In this document: piece by piece, positions 1-12,449 of the stretch
Position numbering within the stretch: the first letter of the stretch is position 1
Layout: every line of letters starts with the position of its first letter
Source: Raja brachyura
Taxonomy: Eukaryota
Reading direction: 5' to 3'
DNA: 64,000 nucleotides
NCBI GenBank assembly: GCA_963514005.1
Contig: OY740808.1
Location: 13,702,001 to 13,766,000 of the forward strand
The notes under the pieces: generated by a model
The model's input: the letters and a program-made list of their open reading frames with translations, nothing else
Told to the model about the DNA's origin: nothing
Databases searched by the model: none
Position numbers and translations under genes: made by a program

Positions 1-743
1 ATTAATGTGCCCAAAAACAAATGCAAATACTTTGGAAAATTATCCATTATCAATGCAGCCAGCAAGAATATTCCCATATAAATAGTTACATTCAATTCTT
101 GAGGGCAATCAGAATTTCTTTTAAAATGTTTGCTATTGCTGACTAACACCTTGGTCAAACTGCCTTTAAAGTACAACACATACAGTAACTGCTGTTAATA
201 CATGCATTTACATAGTGAGTAAAAACAGAGTGCTGGGGGATCTTAACGGGCCAGGTAACATCTGTGAAGGGAAATGGACAAAGTTGTCTATTTCCCTCCA
301 GCGACACCACTGGACCTACTGAGTTCCTGCAACACTATTCCTTGTTCAAAATTCCAGCAACTGCAGTCTCGTCTCTTTTTAACAGAAAAAAAATGTTGAT
401 AACAAACAACAGATCTATAATTTTCTGTGCCTCAAATGCACCATTATTTTATAATTCTAGACCTCGCTGTTGGCAAACTGTTTACAGACAACCACGGTCC
501 CTTGTAAAACTAAATTAGGTGGCCCCAAACGAAAAGGGCAAAGAATAGGTCTTTATCCAAAATGCAATTCGTTTCACCAAGTAAGATGCAGGTAAGGTAT
601 TGTGGAAAATGTTATACCGGCACTGGTGGCATGCTATTAACGTTGAGATAAGATGATTTGGAAATGCCTGCTTTTGGCATTGATGCTTAAAATGGTCAAT
701 GATCAATTCCCCATCATTAATATGTCACTCTGACAAGTATAGA

Positions 744-2505
744 TAAACATAAAAACATAGATATTGGCAAAAGTAGGCCATTTGGCCCTTTGAGCCAGCA
801 CTGCCATTCAATATGATCATGGCTGATCATCCAAATTCAGTACCCCGTTCCGGCTTTTCCCCCCATATTCCTTCATTCCCTTAGCCCTAAGAGCAAAATA
901 TAACTCTCTCTTGAAAATATCCAGTGAATTGGTATTCACTGCCTTCAGTGGCAGAGAATTCCACAGCTTCACAATTCTTTGGGTGAAAATGTTTTTGCTC
1001 ATCTCCTAAATTGCCTACCCCATATTTTGAAACGGTGACCCCTGGTTCTGCACTCCCCCAACATCGGGAAACTTTTTCCTGCATCTACCCTGTCCAATCC
1101 TCTAAGAATTTTATGTTTCTATCAGATCCCCTCTCATCCTTCTAAATTCCAGAAAATACAAGCCCAGTCGACCAATACTTTCATCATTCATCAGTCCCGC
1201 CATCTCGGGAATTAACCTGGTGAATCTACGCTGTACTCCCTCAATAACAATAATGTCATTCCTCAAATTAGGAGACCAAAATAGCACACAATACTCCAGG
1301 TGTGGTCTCACCATGGACCTGTACAACTGCAGTAGGACCTCCTTCTCCGAAACTCAAATCCTCTCGCAATGAAGGTCAACATGCCATTGGCTTTCTTCAC
1401 TGCCTGCTGTACCTGCATTCTCACTTTCAGTGACTGATGTACAAGTACACCCAGGTCTCGTTGCACCTCCCCTTCTAATCTGACAATTAAATAATAATCT
1501 GCCTTCCTGTTCTTGCCACCAAAGTGGATAACCTCATATTTATCCACATTATACTGCATCTACCATGCTTCTGCCCACTCACCCAACCTATCCAAGTCAC
1601 CCTGCAGCCTCATAGCATCCTCCTCGCAGCTCACACTGCCACCCAGCTTTGTGTCATCTGCAAACTTCGAGATGTTACATTTAATTCCCTTGTGTAAATG
1701 GAACAAATGTAGCGTCTGGAGTTTTGAGCATTGTAAATAGCTGCAGAGCCTTGTGGCACCCCACTGGTCACTGCCTGCCATTCTGAAATTGACCCGTTAA
1801 TTCCTACACTTTGCTTCCTGTCTGCCAACCATTTCTCTATCCATGTCAATATCCTACCCCCAATACCATGTGCTCTAATTTTGCACACTAATGTGTGGGA
1901 CCTTGTAAATTCACCTTTTTCTGACCGTAAGGGACCTACATTCGTCTTCACTAATCTTTTCCTTTTTACATACCTATAGAAACCTTTAGTCAGTTTTCAT
2001 GTTTCCCGCAAGCTTCTTTCATGCTCTTTTTCCCCCTCTTAATTAACCCCTTTGTCCTCCTGTTTTGTTCTAAATTTCCTATGGTTTGCTGCTTCTTCTG
2101 GCTAATTTATATGCATCTTCCTTGGCTTTAACATTATCCTTGACTTCCCTCGTCAGCTACGGTTGAGCTGCCTTCCCAGTTTTATTTTTTCGCCAGACAG
2201 GGATAAACAATTTCTTCACCACTGTCAACCCTTTAAGTATAATTTATATCCTAGCTAATACCCGTCTCATACCTTCAAAATCTCCTTTATTCAAGTTCAG
2301 AACCATAGTCTCTGAATTAACCATGTCACCCTCCATCCAAATGCAGATTTCCACCATATTATGGTCACTGTTGCCCAAGGTACCTTGGACAACAAGATCG
2401 CTAACTTTTCCTTCCTCGTTACACAATACCTAGTCTAGGATGGCCTGCCCTCTAGTCAGTACATATTGGTTTAAAAACCCATCCCGTGTACATTCCAGGA
2501 AACCT
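744..2505 (-). mobile_element. CR1-type LINE, ORF2 fragments and 3' end, internally deleted
   Basis: Fragmented ORFs with [23 protein letters not shown] and FTQRIVKLWNSLP. Degenerate (TTTCTATG)n tail at about 744-765. Confidence 0.9.
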
Positions 2506-2599
2506 CTGCCTTATGTTTAGCCTGGGGAACTGTACAACTTAATTGGAAACCTTCTTCCTCAGTCAGGAGTATTAAATTCAGACCAATGGATTGAGATAT

Positions 2600-3000
2600 T
2601 GGTTAAGATACTGAGTACAGGAGTTGGAGTGCCTTGTGATAGCTATACAAGGTTTACAAAATTCATCAGAAGCACAATTAGGCTGAATAGTCAAACTCTT
2701 TACTCTAGGGTAGGGGAATCAAAAATGAGAGGGCATAGGTTTACGGTAAGAGGGGAGAGATTTGAAAGGGACCCAAAGAACATTCTGTTAACACAGAGAG
2801 TGGTGCATACATGGAAAGAGTTGCTGGAGGAAGTGGTAGAGGTGGATATAATTACAACATTTAAAAGACACTTGGAAAGGCTTGGTAAGGTCTCAAGAAC
2901 ATGGATATGGGCCAGACACAAGCAAGTGGGACAAGCTCTTACGCAACTTGGCCAGCATGGATGAGTTGGGTCAAAGGGCCTGTTCTGTGTTTAGCTCTAC
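2600..3000 (+). mobile_element. CR1-type LINE 3' fragment (older family)
   Basis: RGHRFTVRGERF...TQRVVHTWKELLEEVVE in ORF 2599..2964. Confidence 0.75.
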
Positions 3001-3232
3001 AACTAAATGAAAAAGGCAATGTGACCAGAAATGCATGAACCCTACAATCTTTTCAAATGCCAAATTAATTTACTAGTTTGCACTTATTTCAATACTTGAA
3101 GCAGCTTTTTCAAAAAAAGTTAAAAGGAAATTAAAAGTTTAGGCATTATTCATTTAAAATACTCAGACACTTTGATCGTACTCAGCTGAAGAAAAATAAC
3201 TAATCAGTAAGAGCTGTTAATGCAAGGCATAC

Positions 3233-3323
3233 CCAGTGCAGAGCTTGCTACACGTAACATCTCCACAGTGTTCAGGGCCTGTGGTCTCTGCTTCACCTTC
3301 TCCTTTTTACTGACAGATTGCAC
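3233..3323 (-). CDS. TOP3B: TOP3B coding exon 8 (VQSVSKKEKVKQRPQALNTVEMLRVASSAL-G); gene continues beyond the window start
   Basis: 91 nt, CAG acceptor and GTATGC donor, RPxALNTVEMLRVASS motif. No further TOP3B exon recognised in 1-3232. Confidence 0.96.
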
Positions 3324-3409
3324 CTGTAATAAAACATGAAAATAAATAACCAGGCCACAAACTACCTCCAGAGGTAAAGATGAGAAGCTCTACTTTCAGT
3401 TGGATGCCA

Positions 3410-3722
3410 TCTGTCCAGAACAAGGGGTCACAGTCTAAGGATAAGGGGGAATTCCTTTAGGACCGAAATGAGGAAAACATTCTTTACACAGAGAGTGGTG
3501 AGTCTCTGGAATTCTCTGCCACAGAAGGTAGTTGAGGCCAGTTCATTGGCTATATTTAAGAGGGCGTTAGATGTGGCACTTGTGGCTAAAGGGATCAGGG
3601 GGTATGGAGAGAAGGCAGGTACGGGATACTGAGTTGGATGATCAGCCATGATCACATTGAATGGCGGTGCAGGCTCGAAGGGCCGAATGGCCTACTCCTG
3701 CACCTATTTTCTATGTTTCTAT
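3410..3722 (+). mobile_element. CR1-type LINE 3' fragment
   Basis: Ends in GGCTCGAAGGGCCGAATGGCCTACTCCTGCACCTATTTTCTATGTTTCTAT. Confidence 0.88.
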
Positions 3723-4642
3723 AAGTAGGGGTATGCTGAGGAATGGTATCTATTTGTAAATCAAAAGTCCTGGAACTAACTGCATAACATAATCTGAATG
3801 ACTGAAAGGATGTCATTGGAAGTTTATCATTTAAGGTGTTTTGGTTTGATCAAGGATCTATGATCTATGTACGCATTAGGTTGCAGACAGCACCAAAGAG
3901 CTTTGTAAGATGTTGTAAGATGTGACGCATGGATTCCACTTTCTGGTGACACGCATGGTTCCCTTCCCTTCCTTCCCCTGCTTCTCTCTACCCTTCCAAT
4001 AAATCATTTCCCCACTTAACCTCTTCCCTTATTACTTCCTCTCATTCCATTTCTCTCAAACAATTGCAATTCCCATTCTTTCTACACTCTTGTTTATGTT
4101 TATAAACAAGTTTATGTTTATGTAGTTTAGACATTTCTACTTATCTGTGCATTTAGGCGAATAGTTTGTGTGTCATTGACAAGCAGTCACTGCCCATTCT
4201 CGACCACTGAAAATGTTAACAATCCTTTCAAATGTCTGCGGACTCTACTTGTAGCAGTTTAAAAATAATTAGTACTTTTTACACCACAGCAAAATGCAGA
4301 TAAAATGAAGATCAGAACAGGCCAGCATGTTGGGCCTTTTTCCTGATTAAAAGTTTGAATAAACACGTTGAGCTTGTATAACAACCTATTGTCATCATGA
4401 TTACTTTTCCTGAAAGCAGATTTGGATCCAGATTTCTTAAACTCAATGAAAATTCTCAAACTTTAAATTTTTTTGGACTTGGTCCGTGAATCATTACATC
4501 ATTTTTAGATCATTGTTATTATGAAATGGTTATACCCTGAAAACCACATCTCCATGCATCTTTCCCCCTCGTGATACCCCAAGGGACACAATAACTAAGA
4601 GCATGACATGGGCTTACCCATTCCCCCCACCCCCCAACCTAC

Positions 4643-4756
4643 CTTTGTTTCTTTTGTGGACTTTGTCATATTCAGATACATCTGTGCTATTTCTCGATCA
4701 AAAACTCTGACTCTGTCCCAGTCGAGAACCATGGAATCACCCGCAGAATTAGTGAC
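4643..4756 (-). CDS. TOP3B: TOP3B coding exon 7 (VTNSAGDSMVLDWDRVRVFDREIAQMYLNMTKSTKETK)
   Basis: 114 nt, CAG acceptor and GTAGGT donor, matches the TOP3B segment LDWDRVRVFDREIAQM. Confidence 0.96.
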
Positions 4757-4976
4757 CTGGAACAAAACAGGTAAAATTGAGAGTGCAATGACCCCCAAAT
4801 TGTTCATTTGTGCTTGCAGAGCAGTTCGCTATTGAGAACGCTATTATTTTCAAAATTGCGTGACAACAGGAGACAAAGTAATAATACTGACAACAACGGC
4901 AGATATCTATCAGCTCCCAGAAGGAAAATAAAGGAAAGGTTTGCATCACTCATGCCATTATGACTTTATCACAAAC

Positions 4977-5133
4977 CTTTGCTTGCAGGACCCAGTAAGC
5001 CTCAGGCTTGAAAGATTGGATCTTGTCATGTCTCTCCACACAGAAACCAAGAGTGGGTGTCTGGCAGGGACCGAATGAGACGAGGGAACTATCCAAATTC
5101 CCATATTTACCCTGAAAATATTTGGTCTGAAAC
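4977..5133 (-). CDS. TOP3B: TOP3B coding exon 6 ([52 protein letters not shown])
   Basis: 157 nt, conserved GPCQTPTLG motif, AG/GT boundaries. Confidence 0.97.
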
Positions 5134-5299
5134 CTGAAAAACAAGTGGAAATGTCAGTTTCTTACTCAGAAATGTTTGTTTTCTGCCCTTACAGAGTTCT
5201 TTAAAATTCGATGAAACCTATCTCAGTATATGGTTAATCACCAACACAAGGTTTATCGTTGCACTAACAACTTCCAAAAGACATTTGTGTTGATAAAAT

Positions 5300-5895
5300 A
5301 CCAGTAGAAGCATGGATGATTGAGATAATGGATAGGGTGAAATGTGACAGGCAGGTTATATTGGAAACAAGAGTTTGTCTAGATGATTCGTCTCCTTATT
5401 TCCCTAGGTACAGAGGAGATACAGAGTATTGTAAAGTGGAAAATGTGCCAGTCTTGTTCAAGGAAGAGAACTGGGTCATTTCTAAACACTTTAATATCAC
5501 TGGTAGGGTTTTGGAAACAATCAATGGGAGTAAAACTGGTACAAGAGGAGATTTGAGCTAATTAAGGAGAAATAGCAAAGACGGCAGAAAGTTTGTCCAG
5601 CCTAGATTAGTTTTTTGATGAAGCAATCCAGAACCTTCACTATTAAAGACGTGGGTGACTGCTTCGTTGGATCATCACCTGCCGCTCCTCTTCAAGATGC
5701 AACACCATCCTAATTTGGAAATAACAATATTTGTGTCACGGGCTCTACTTTTGAACTCTTGACTGCTGAGCAATATGGGAGCATCTTCATTACATTGACC
5801 ACAATGGTTCAAGAAAATGACTCACCACCACCTTCCTAAGGACAATTAGGATTGGGCAAAAATGATGGCCTTGCCAGTGATGCACAAATCCTAGT
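5300..5895 (+). mobile_element. Old CR1-like LINE relics
   Basis: Degenerate RT-region sequence (GGAAAATGTG..CCAGTCTTGTTCAAG) and a 3' tail (CTCACCACCACCTTC...GGCCTTGCCAGTGATGC). Confidence 0.45.
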
Positions 5896-6699
5896 TAAAG
5901 AAATTCAAAAATTGAAGGAGGAATGTTATGCACTTTGTGTGTATGAATTTTAAGAAAACTTCCGACAAAGTTCAATGGGCGAGTGGATGTTACATCTACT
6001 AATACCCAAAAGCACTTGCGCTTTCTTTTTATGGCGATATTACACATTAGTCTGATACTCTTTTCTGTGCTTCCGCTAAGCGTAGAGCAAGTGCGAGATA
6101 GAACCCGGTGAGTTTCAGCCAGTCAGTAGCCACACTCTGTATCCCAGTATCAGCCGCACATTCCCTACTCAAATTTCAAGAGAAAGAGCTAGCCCAGTGT
6201 GGATACATCAGACTTTCCAAACAATCAGATACCAGATTAGCAAAATTTTACTGTGTCTAGTTTTTTGCCAAACAGTGAAAATTTGTTTTCACTTTTACAC
6301 AAAAAAATCAAAATATTGCTATAATTACTTAAACTTTAAAAAAAAATTATATAAGTTTGTTGTGCAACAATGGCAAAGTAGTGGTATTATTGTTAAAGAC
6401 TACATTAGATTTGTGGCAGAGCATGCTTAAATGATTCAAGGAATTTCTTAAGAAAGCAATGTTCTTAAGAATATCATTACGGGTTTATAATGATTTCATT
6501 TTACAGTATATTGGATGAAAGCAAGTGCTAGATTCAAATACCTTACAGGAGTATTCCAATGGGCTTTTAATCAACAATTTGGTCTTTCTTTGATGATGTT
6601 TGATTTATCAAACCCAATCTACTTCATCAAGACGCAACTTGATTATTGAATATCAGACCTGGTGTTTCTGAATGCTTTATATATACATTCTTGCTGTAC

Positions 6700-6896
6700 C
6701 TTGTAAAAGCACAACCCACTCTCAAATCAAGCTCCTGACGTGCATCAACTGAGAGTGCTTCATTCCGATTAGGCTCGCCCAATTGGTTCATGGCCTTGCT
6801 AATGTCAGTATCCGTTATAGCACTGAACTTTGCACGATAAACCACCCTTTCATTTCCACGAGGAATGTTCATAACGGGTTTAATGGCATCCAGTAC
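6700..6896 (-). CDS. TOP3B: TOP3B coding exon 5 ([10 protein letters not shown]...[18 protein letters not shown])
   Basis: 197 nt within ORF 6627..6965. Conserved ARQELDLR.G motif of type IA topoisomerases, AG/GT boundaries. Confidence 0.96.
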
Positions 6897-7232
6897 CTGA
6901 ATAAACACAAAAATACACCGTGCAAGTCTGAATGTAAAGAATACATACTGTGGACAAATGCACATTCCTTAAAAAAGTACTCTTATTAATGAGTCAATGC
7001 TTATATCGCAACGAATCCAAAAGAAGGATGAAAATTCAAAATAAAAGGCAAGTGTGCTGGAAAACATTTTAGAATAGAGCTCTGAAGCATCTTGCAAGTA
7101 AACTTTATTGTCACCACTCAGCTATCATTACTTGGCTGCCATTCTCAATCTATACAAATACCGACCTTTACTTAATTAGGAATAATTTAGGCAAGATTTT
7201 GATTATTATGTTTAGATATTCGCAATGGTTAT

Positions 7233-7534
7233 GTAGTTTAGAGGTACAGAGCAGAAATAGGCCCTTCGGTCCACCGAGGCCGCACCGATCAGCGATCCCC
7301 ACTCACTAACGTTATCCTACACATACGGGACAATTTACCATTTTAACAAGCCAATTAACCTACAAAACTGTGCGTCTTTCAAGTGTGGGAGGAAACCGGA
7401 GATCCCGGAGAAAACCCAAGCAGGTCATGGGGAGAACGTACAAACTCCGTACAGACAAGCACCCATAGTCAGGAACGAACCCAGGTCTCTGGCGCTATAA
7501 GGCAGAACTCTACCGCTGTGCCACAGTGCCGCCC
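7233..7534 (-). mobile_element. tRNA-derived SINE (HE1/V-SINE-like)
   Basis: 5' GGGCGGCACTGTGGCACAGCGGTAGAG (A box) ... GGGTTCGTTCC (B box), with a CR1-like 3' end (GGACCGAAGGGCCT...CTCTAAAC). Confidence 0.85.
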
Positions 7535-7646
7535 TGATTCTTCTTGTTCAGTTCACATTTTTGGGTGGCAAAATAAAATCTCCTTTGGATACTAGGAAAT
7601 GTAATGTGTTTTTTTTAAACCTATGATTAATAAAAAAATATCTTAC

Positions 7647-7721
7647 CTCAAAGCAGATGTTTTCTCCTTCCTTGTCACAATCCAGCCAGAGAACAATGTA
7701 GTCAATGCCTCGCCCTTCCAC
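7647..7721 (-). CDS. TOP3B: TOP3B coding exon 4 (VEGRGIDYIVLWLDCDKEGENICFE)
   Basis: 75 nt, TOPRIM DxDxEGE motif, CAG acceptor and GTAAGA donor. Confidence 0.97.
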
Positions 7722-8454
7722 CTGCTCAAAACAGGTAATACGTGAATAAATGGGATTAATTACTCAAATTCACTCTGGTGCAATACTAATGGAACAACTA
7801 TCCTCATGATCAGGAATGATCTCTCAGGTAAATGATAAACGAGTCATTGCACCATTTTGAAGAACATGTACATTTTCACGGAAAACCGTGCAAATATTAA
7901 TGTCTTAATAGCCATATTTTAGAAACATCTCTAATCATCACATTGCCATGTGAAAGCATGTTGGATGTGTATTAGTCTCTGTGTTTCCTTCCTCATAATG
8001 GGGCACACTTCAAAAATCCTTTATAGCTTGTCAATCACTTTAAGAAGATCTCTGAGACAATAAAAAAAAACTGAAAATGAAAAAAGGGTTGCATTTAATT
8101 AATGCAATCAACTCAAAGCTTTGATACAGATGCTGGACAAGCAAAATAATTTAATAGAATGGACAGCAAGTGGACAGCACAATAAGATGTTAATCAAATA
8201 GTAACACCAAACTTCTGTAACCCCATACCTGCTAAATAACAAAAAGCCCAATGAAACTACAAAATATTGTAGTTCAAATGGATAAGGAGTATTAGTGCAC
8301 GAAACAAAAAGTTAGTAAGCAGGTACAGCAATTAATTAGGAAGTGCAACAGAATGTCAGACTTTTTTGCAACGTATAAATGTTTTGAACCAACATGACAG
8401 GCCACAGCTGCAGTGCTGTGTGCATTTTTGGAAGGATATTTAAGGAAATATGTG

Positions 8455-8556
8455 TTTAGAGATACAGCGCAGAAACAGGTCCTTCGGCCCACCGAGTCCG
8501 CCCCGACCAGCGATCCCTGCACACTAACCCTACCCCTCACACACTAGGTACAATTA
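8455..8556 (-). mobile_element. 3' fragment of the same SINE family
   Basis: GTTTAGAGATACAGCGCAGAAACAGG.CCTTCGGCCCACCGAGTCC. Confidence 0.75.
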
Positions 8557-8710
8557 TTAAGGGATTGGACACGCTAGATGCAGGAAACATGTTCCAGATG
8601 TTAGGGGAGTCCAGAACCAGGCGCCACAGTTTAAGAATATGGGTAGGCCAATGAGTACTGAGATGAGGAAAAACTTTTTCACCCAGAGAGTTGTGAATCT
8701 GTGGAATACT
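8557..8710 (+). mobile_element. CR1 3' fragment abutting the truncated left Tc1 TIR
   Basis: EMRKNFFTQRVVNLWN in ORF 8639..8836. Confidence 0.8.
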
Positions 8711-8717
8711 CTGAGTA

Positions 8718-10260
8718 CTTTATTTGCCTCGGTACTCCACAATTTGAGATTTGTAATAGGAAAAAATCACATGTTAAAGTGCACATTCTCAGAATTTAAT
8801 AAAGGCCTTTTTATACATTTTGGTTTCACCTTGTAGAAATTACAGCAGTGTTTATACAGTCCCCCCCCCCCCTATTCAGGGCACCATAATGTTTGGGACA
8901 CAGCAATATCATGTAAATGAAAGTAGTCATGTTTAGTATTTTGTTGCATATCCATTGCATGCAATGACTGCTTGAAGTCTGCGATTCATGGACATCACCA
9001 GTCGCTTTGTGTGTTCTCTGGTGATGCTCTGCGAGACCTGTATTGCAGCCATCTTTAGCTTATGCTTGTTTTGGGGGCTAGTCCCCTTCAGTTTTCTCTT
9101 CAGCATAGAAAAGGCATGCTCAATTGGGTTCAGATCAGGTGATTGACTTGGTCACTCAAGAATTGACAATTTTTTAGCTTTGAAAAACTCCTTGGTTGCT
9201 TTAGCAGTATGTTTGGGATCATTGCTGTGGAATGAACTGCTAGCCAATGGGTTTTGAGGCATTTGTTTGAACGAGCAGATAGGATGTGTCTATACATTTC
9301 AGAATTCATTATGCTACTACCATCAGCAGTTGTATCATCAATGAAGATAAGTGAGCCAGTATCATGAGAGGTCATACATGCCCAGGTCATAACACCCCCA
9401 CCACCGTCTTCCATACTTTGCTCTTGTCATCATTCCGACATAAGTTAATCTTTGTCTCATCTGTCCACAAGGCCTTTTTTCCAGGACTGTGGTTGCTCCT
9501 TGAAGTACTTCTTGACAAACTGTAACCTGGCCATCCTATTTTTGCAGCTAATCAGTGGTTTGCATCTTGCAGTGTAGCCTCTGTTCATGAAGTCTTCTGC
9601 AGATAGTGGTCATTGACAAATCCATACCTGACTCCTGAATAGTGTTTCTGATCTGTCGGATAGGTATTCCTTTATCATAGAGAGGATTCTTCTGTCATCA
9701 GCTATGAAGGTCTTCCTTGGCCTGCCAGTCCCTTTGCGATTAGTAAGCTCACCAGTGCTCTCTTTCTTCTTAATGATGTTCCAAACAGTTGATTTTGGTA
9801 AGCCTAAGGTTTGGCTGATGTCTCTAATAGTTTTATTCTTGTTTCTCAGTCTCATAATGGCTTTTTTGACTTTCATTGGTACAACTTTGGTCCTCATGTT
9901 GATAATCAGCAATAAAAGCTTCCAAAGGTGATGGGAAGACTGGAGGAAAGACTAGGTGCTGAGAGCTCTCTTATACCTGCATTAAGGAGGCAATTAAACA
10001 CACCTGAGCAATTACAAACACCTGTGAAGCCATATGTCCCAAACATTATGGTGCCTGAAATTGGGGGGGGGGGGGGGGCTATGTATCGACACAGCTGTAA
10101 TTCTACATGGTGAAACCAAAATGTCTAAGAATGGCCTTATAGTAAAATCTGGCAACGTGCACTTTAACCACATGTGATTTTTTTTCCTAAAATCACAAAT
10201 TGTGGAGTACAGCGGGAAATAAATTATGGGTCTTTGTCCCAAACATTATGGAGGGCACTG
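8718..10260 (-). mobile_element. Decayed Tc1-family DNA transposon with long IR/DR-type terminal inverted repeats
   Basis: ORF 9610..9912 encodes a paired-like HTH with GRPR motif; ORF 9130..9414 is a DDE-region fragment. TIRs at about 8718-8900 and 10034-10260 contain the internal repeat TGTCCCAAACATTATGG. The right end is ...GGGCACTG; the outer part of the left TIR is missing. Confidence 0.88.
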
Positions 10261-10301
10261 TGCATGCAACCATTTTAAATCCAGACTAATGGCTTTGGCA
10301 C

Positions 10302-10408
10302 CTGTAAAAACTTCACCATATTGAGTTTGGGGTTAGCTTCCTTCTTTTCTGTTGGTGCTTTGCTGAAAAGCTCTGCTGGATCAACTTTGTCCCAATTATT
10401 ATATTTTC
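10302..10408 (-). CDS. TOP3B: TOP3B coding exon 3 (KYNNWDKVDPAELFSKAPTEKKEANPKLNMVKFLQ)
   Basis: 107 nt, CAG acceptor and GTGCCA donor, in frame with neighbouring exons. Confidence 0.95.
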
Positions 10409-11589
10409 CTGAAAAATGAAAACAAGATGTTATAAATTCTTGCTGAAGCAATCCCATTATCATATGGAAAACAACAATGCCAGACAAAAATATATTTACT
10501 TCCCTGTTGTCCTAACCTCACCTGTCGATTGACTGCAACGGCCAAGGTATATTCGCAATGCTAAAAACAAGTCACATCAATGCAAAGGTATGTCTTTCCA
10601 CAATTTATATATTATTCCAGTTGCAAATCTGCAATTCTTAAACTTACCATATGCATCATTAATGAGCTGGGTTTTGAATTAATTAGATTATGAATTTGAA
10701 ACAAATGTTACAGGTGTGTTTGTTTTGGTTAGGTTATTGGCTATTTTGTTCAGATTGTAACAAACTAAATAAAGACACTCGATAGAGGAACATAGTGGTT
10801 ATGATACAGAATTAGCAATCTAAATGTTTAAATAAATCACTAACAGACATGTTTAAATTCCATCATGGCAGATGTGGAATTTAAATTCTGTTAATAAGCA
10901 GGAAATAAAAAGTTAAAAAGCTACTTGATTGGTTTATGGTGCTTTTCTTCTTCTTCATGGAAGTAAATGTGCCATAGTTACCGATCCAGTCTTCATGTGA
11001 TACCAAATCCTCAACAACATGGTTGATCTTAATTGGTCTATGAAATTTCCAAGCGTGACTCTTCACTGTATCACATACTGAAAAAAGCCAACTCGGTACC
11101 AGGCACGGGAAAGGGGTTGTATAAAATCAGCATACATTTTCTCACTGGCGAAATGTAACTTGTTTTCATGCTAAATTAGCTGTTAACAACTGCATGACTT
11201 TCACTAATATAATAATGAAATGCAACAATCTGAATGATGGATTAAATCTATTTAACTTCAGATCGTGATTCGTGAATCAACGTCAGCAGGCAGGCAAGCT
11301 CAATTTTTTTGGAATATCAACAGACCAGAATGATTCGGGGGTTTGAATTTGACACTAATTTCCAGAGCAGTGCTGACAGTAGGAAAAAGATACTTCACTT
11401 TTCTCATTTTTTCAAAACTTTTGATTGTTAAGTTACTAAAATATTGGAGAAGTAGACAAAAATACTTTTATCATGGGGCTGATGAAGTAGGAAATTGAAT
11501 TGAAACCTTCAGGAAAAAACTGAGCTAAAACCAAGAATTCAGGCGCTGATCGATTTACTTGATCAAATTAAGTTACATATATCATAAAA

Positions 11590-11810
11590 AGGAACTGCAG
11601 ATGCTGGTTTATACCCAAAAAAGACATAAAATGCTGGAGTAACTCAGTGGGTCAGGCAGCATGTCTGGAGAACATTGACAGGTGACATTTTGGGTCGGGA
11701 CCCTTCTAATAACAGAGAACTATAGTTGCTGGTTTACATCAAAGAATCCTATCCATGTTCACTGGAGATGCTGCCTGACCCACTGTTAATCCTGCATTTT
11801 GTGTCTTCTT
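11590..11810. mobile_element. Diverged inverted Penelope pLTR copies
   Basis: GGAACTGCAGATGCTGG...GAGTAACTCAGTGGGTCAGGCAGCA and the reverse arm GATGCTGCCTGACCCACTG. Confidence 0.68.
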
Positions 11811-12054
11811 TTGAAGCTAGATTTACTTTTGCATGGATATGATCAATTCAGGGACTGCACACTCTAACCCATGGCCTCATAAAACAAAGGAGTGGGTTTT
11901 TAATTCATAGCCGTTTCCACAAATTCTGCGATACTTTAATAAAAATTGAGGAATACTCATTTGAAGACTAAAACTGGCAGTGTCCAGTATCCTCATTCAT
12001 TGGACAATAATTCACATCTCTGTGAAGTAAAAGTTCCACCAGGATCCACATTAC

Positions 12055-12186
12055 CTATGAAATCCAAGGTCATCACATGACCGCAGACCGACGTCACCTT
12101 GAATCGGACATTCTGCCGCAGGAAGGTCCCAGCGTACTCGTGCACGGAGCATACTCCATTCAAACCTTTCCGCGAGTTCAAGTTAC
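12055..12186 (-). CDS. TOP3B: TOP3B coding exon 2 (NLNSRKGLNGVCSVHEYAGTFLRQNVRFKVTSVCGHVMTLDFI)
   Basis: 132 nt, TTCAG acceptor and GTAATG donor, phase 1-1. Contains the conserved TSVCGH motif; lies within ORF 11993..12256. Confidence 0.96.
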
Positions 12187-12449
12187 CTGAATGGAAAGCA
12201 TAAGAAAAAAAAGGTGAACTTTCTTCCACAACTTTTCTTCGGGGAACAGAAGGCAAACACAGAGTTTATACTTTACAAAGAGTTAATAATTTACAAAGCT
12301 TTTTTTTTTACAATTAAGGATATGTAATAATTATCAATCTAATGACTGCCACATGATGTGAGCTATGAATTGCAGCCATGAAAAAAAACATGCATCTAAA
12401 ATAGAAATCAATAGATTTGAAACAGGAGTGGTTGTGGAGGTGGATGTGG

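Noticed and set aside
7460-7534. tRNA-like A/B boxes (also near 35100, 46440 and 47020)
   Set aside because: These are SINE heads attached to SINE bodies and LINE-like tails, not tRNA genes.
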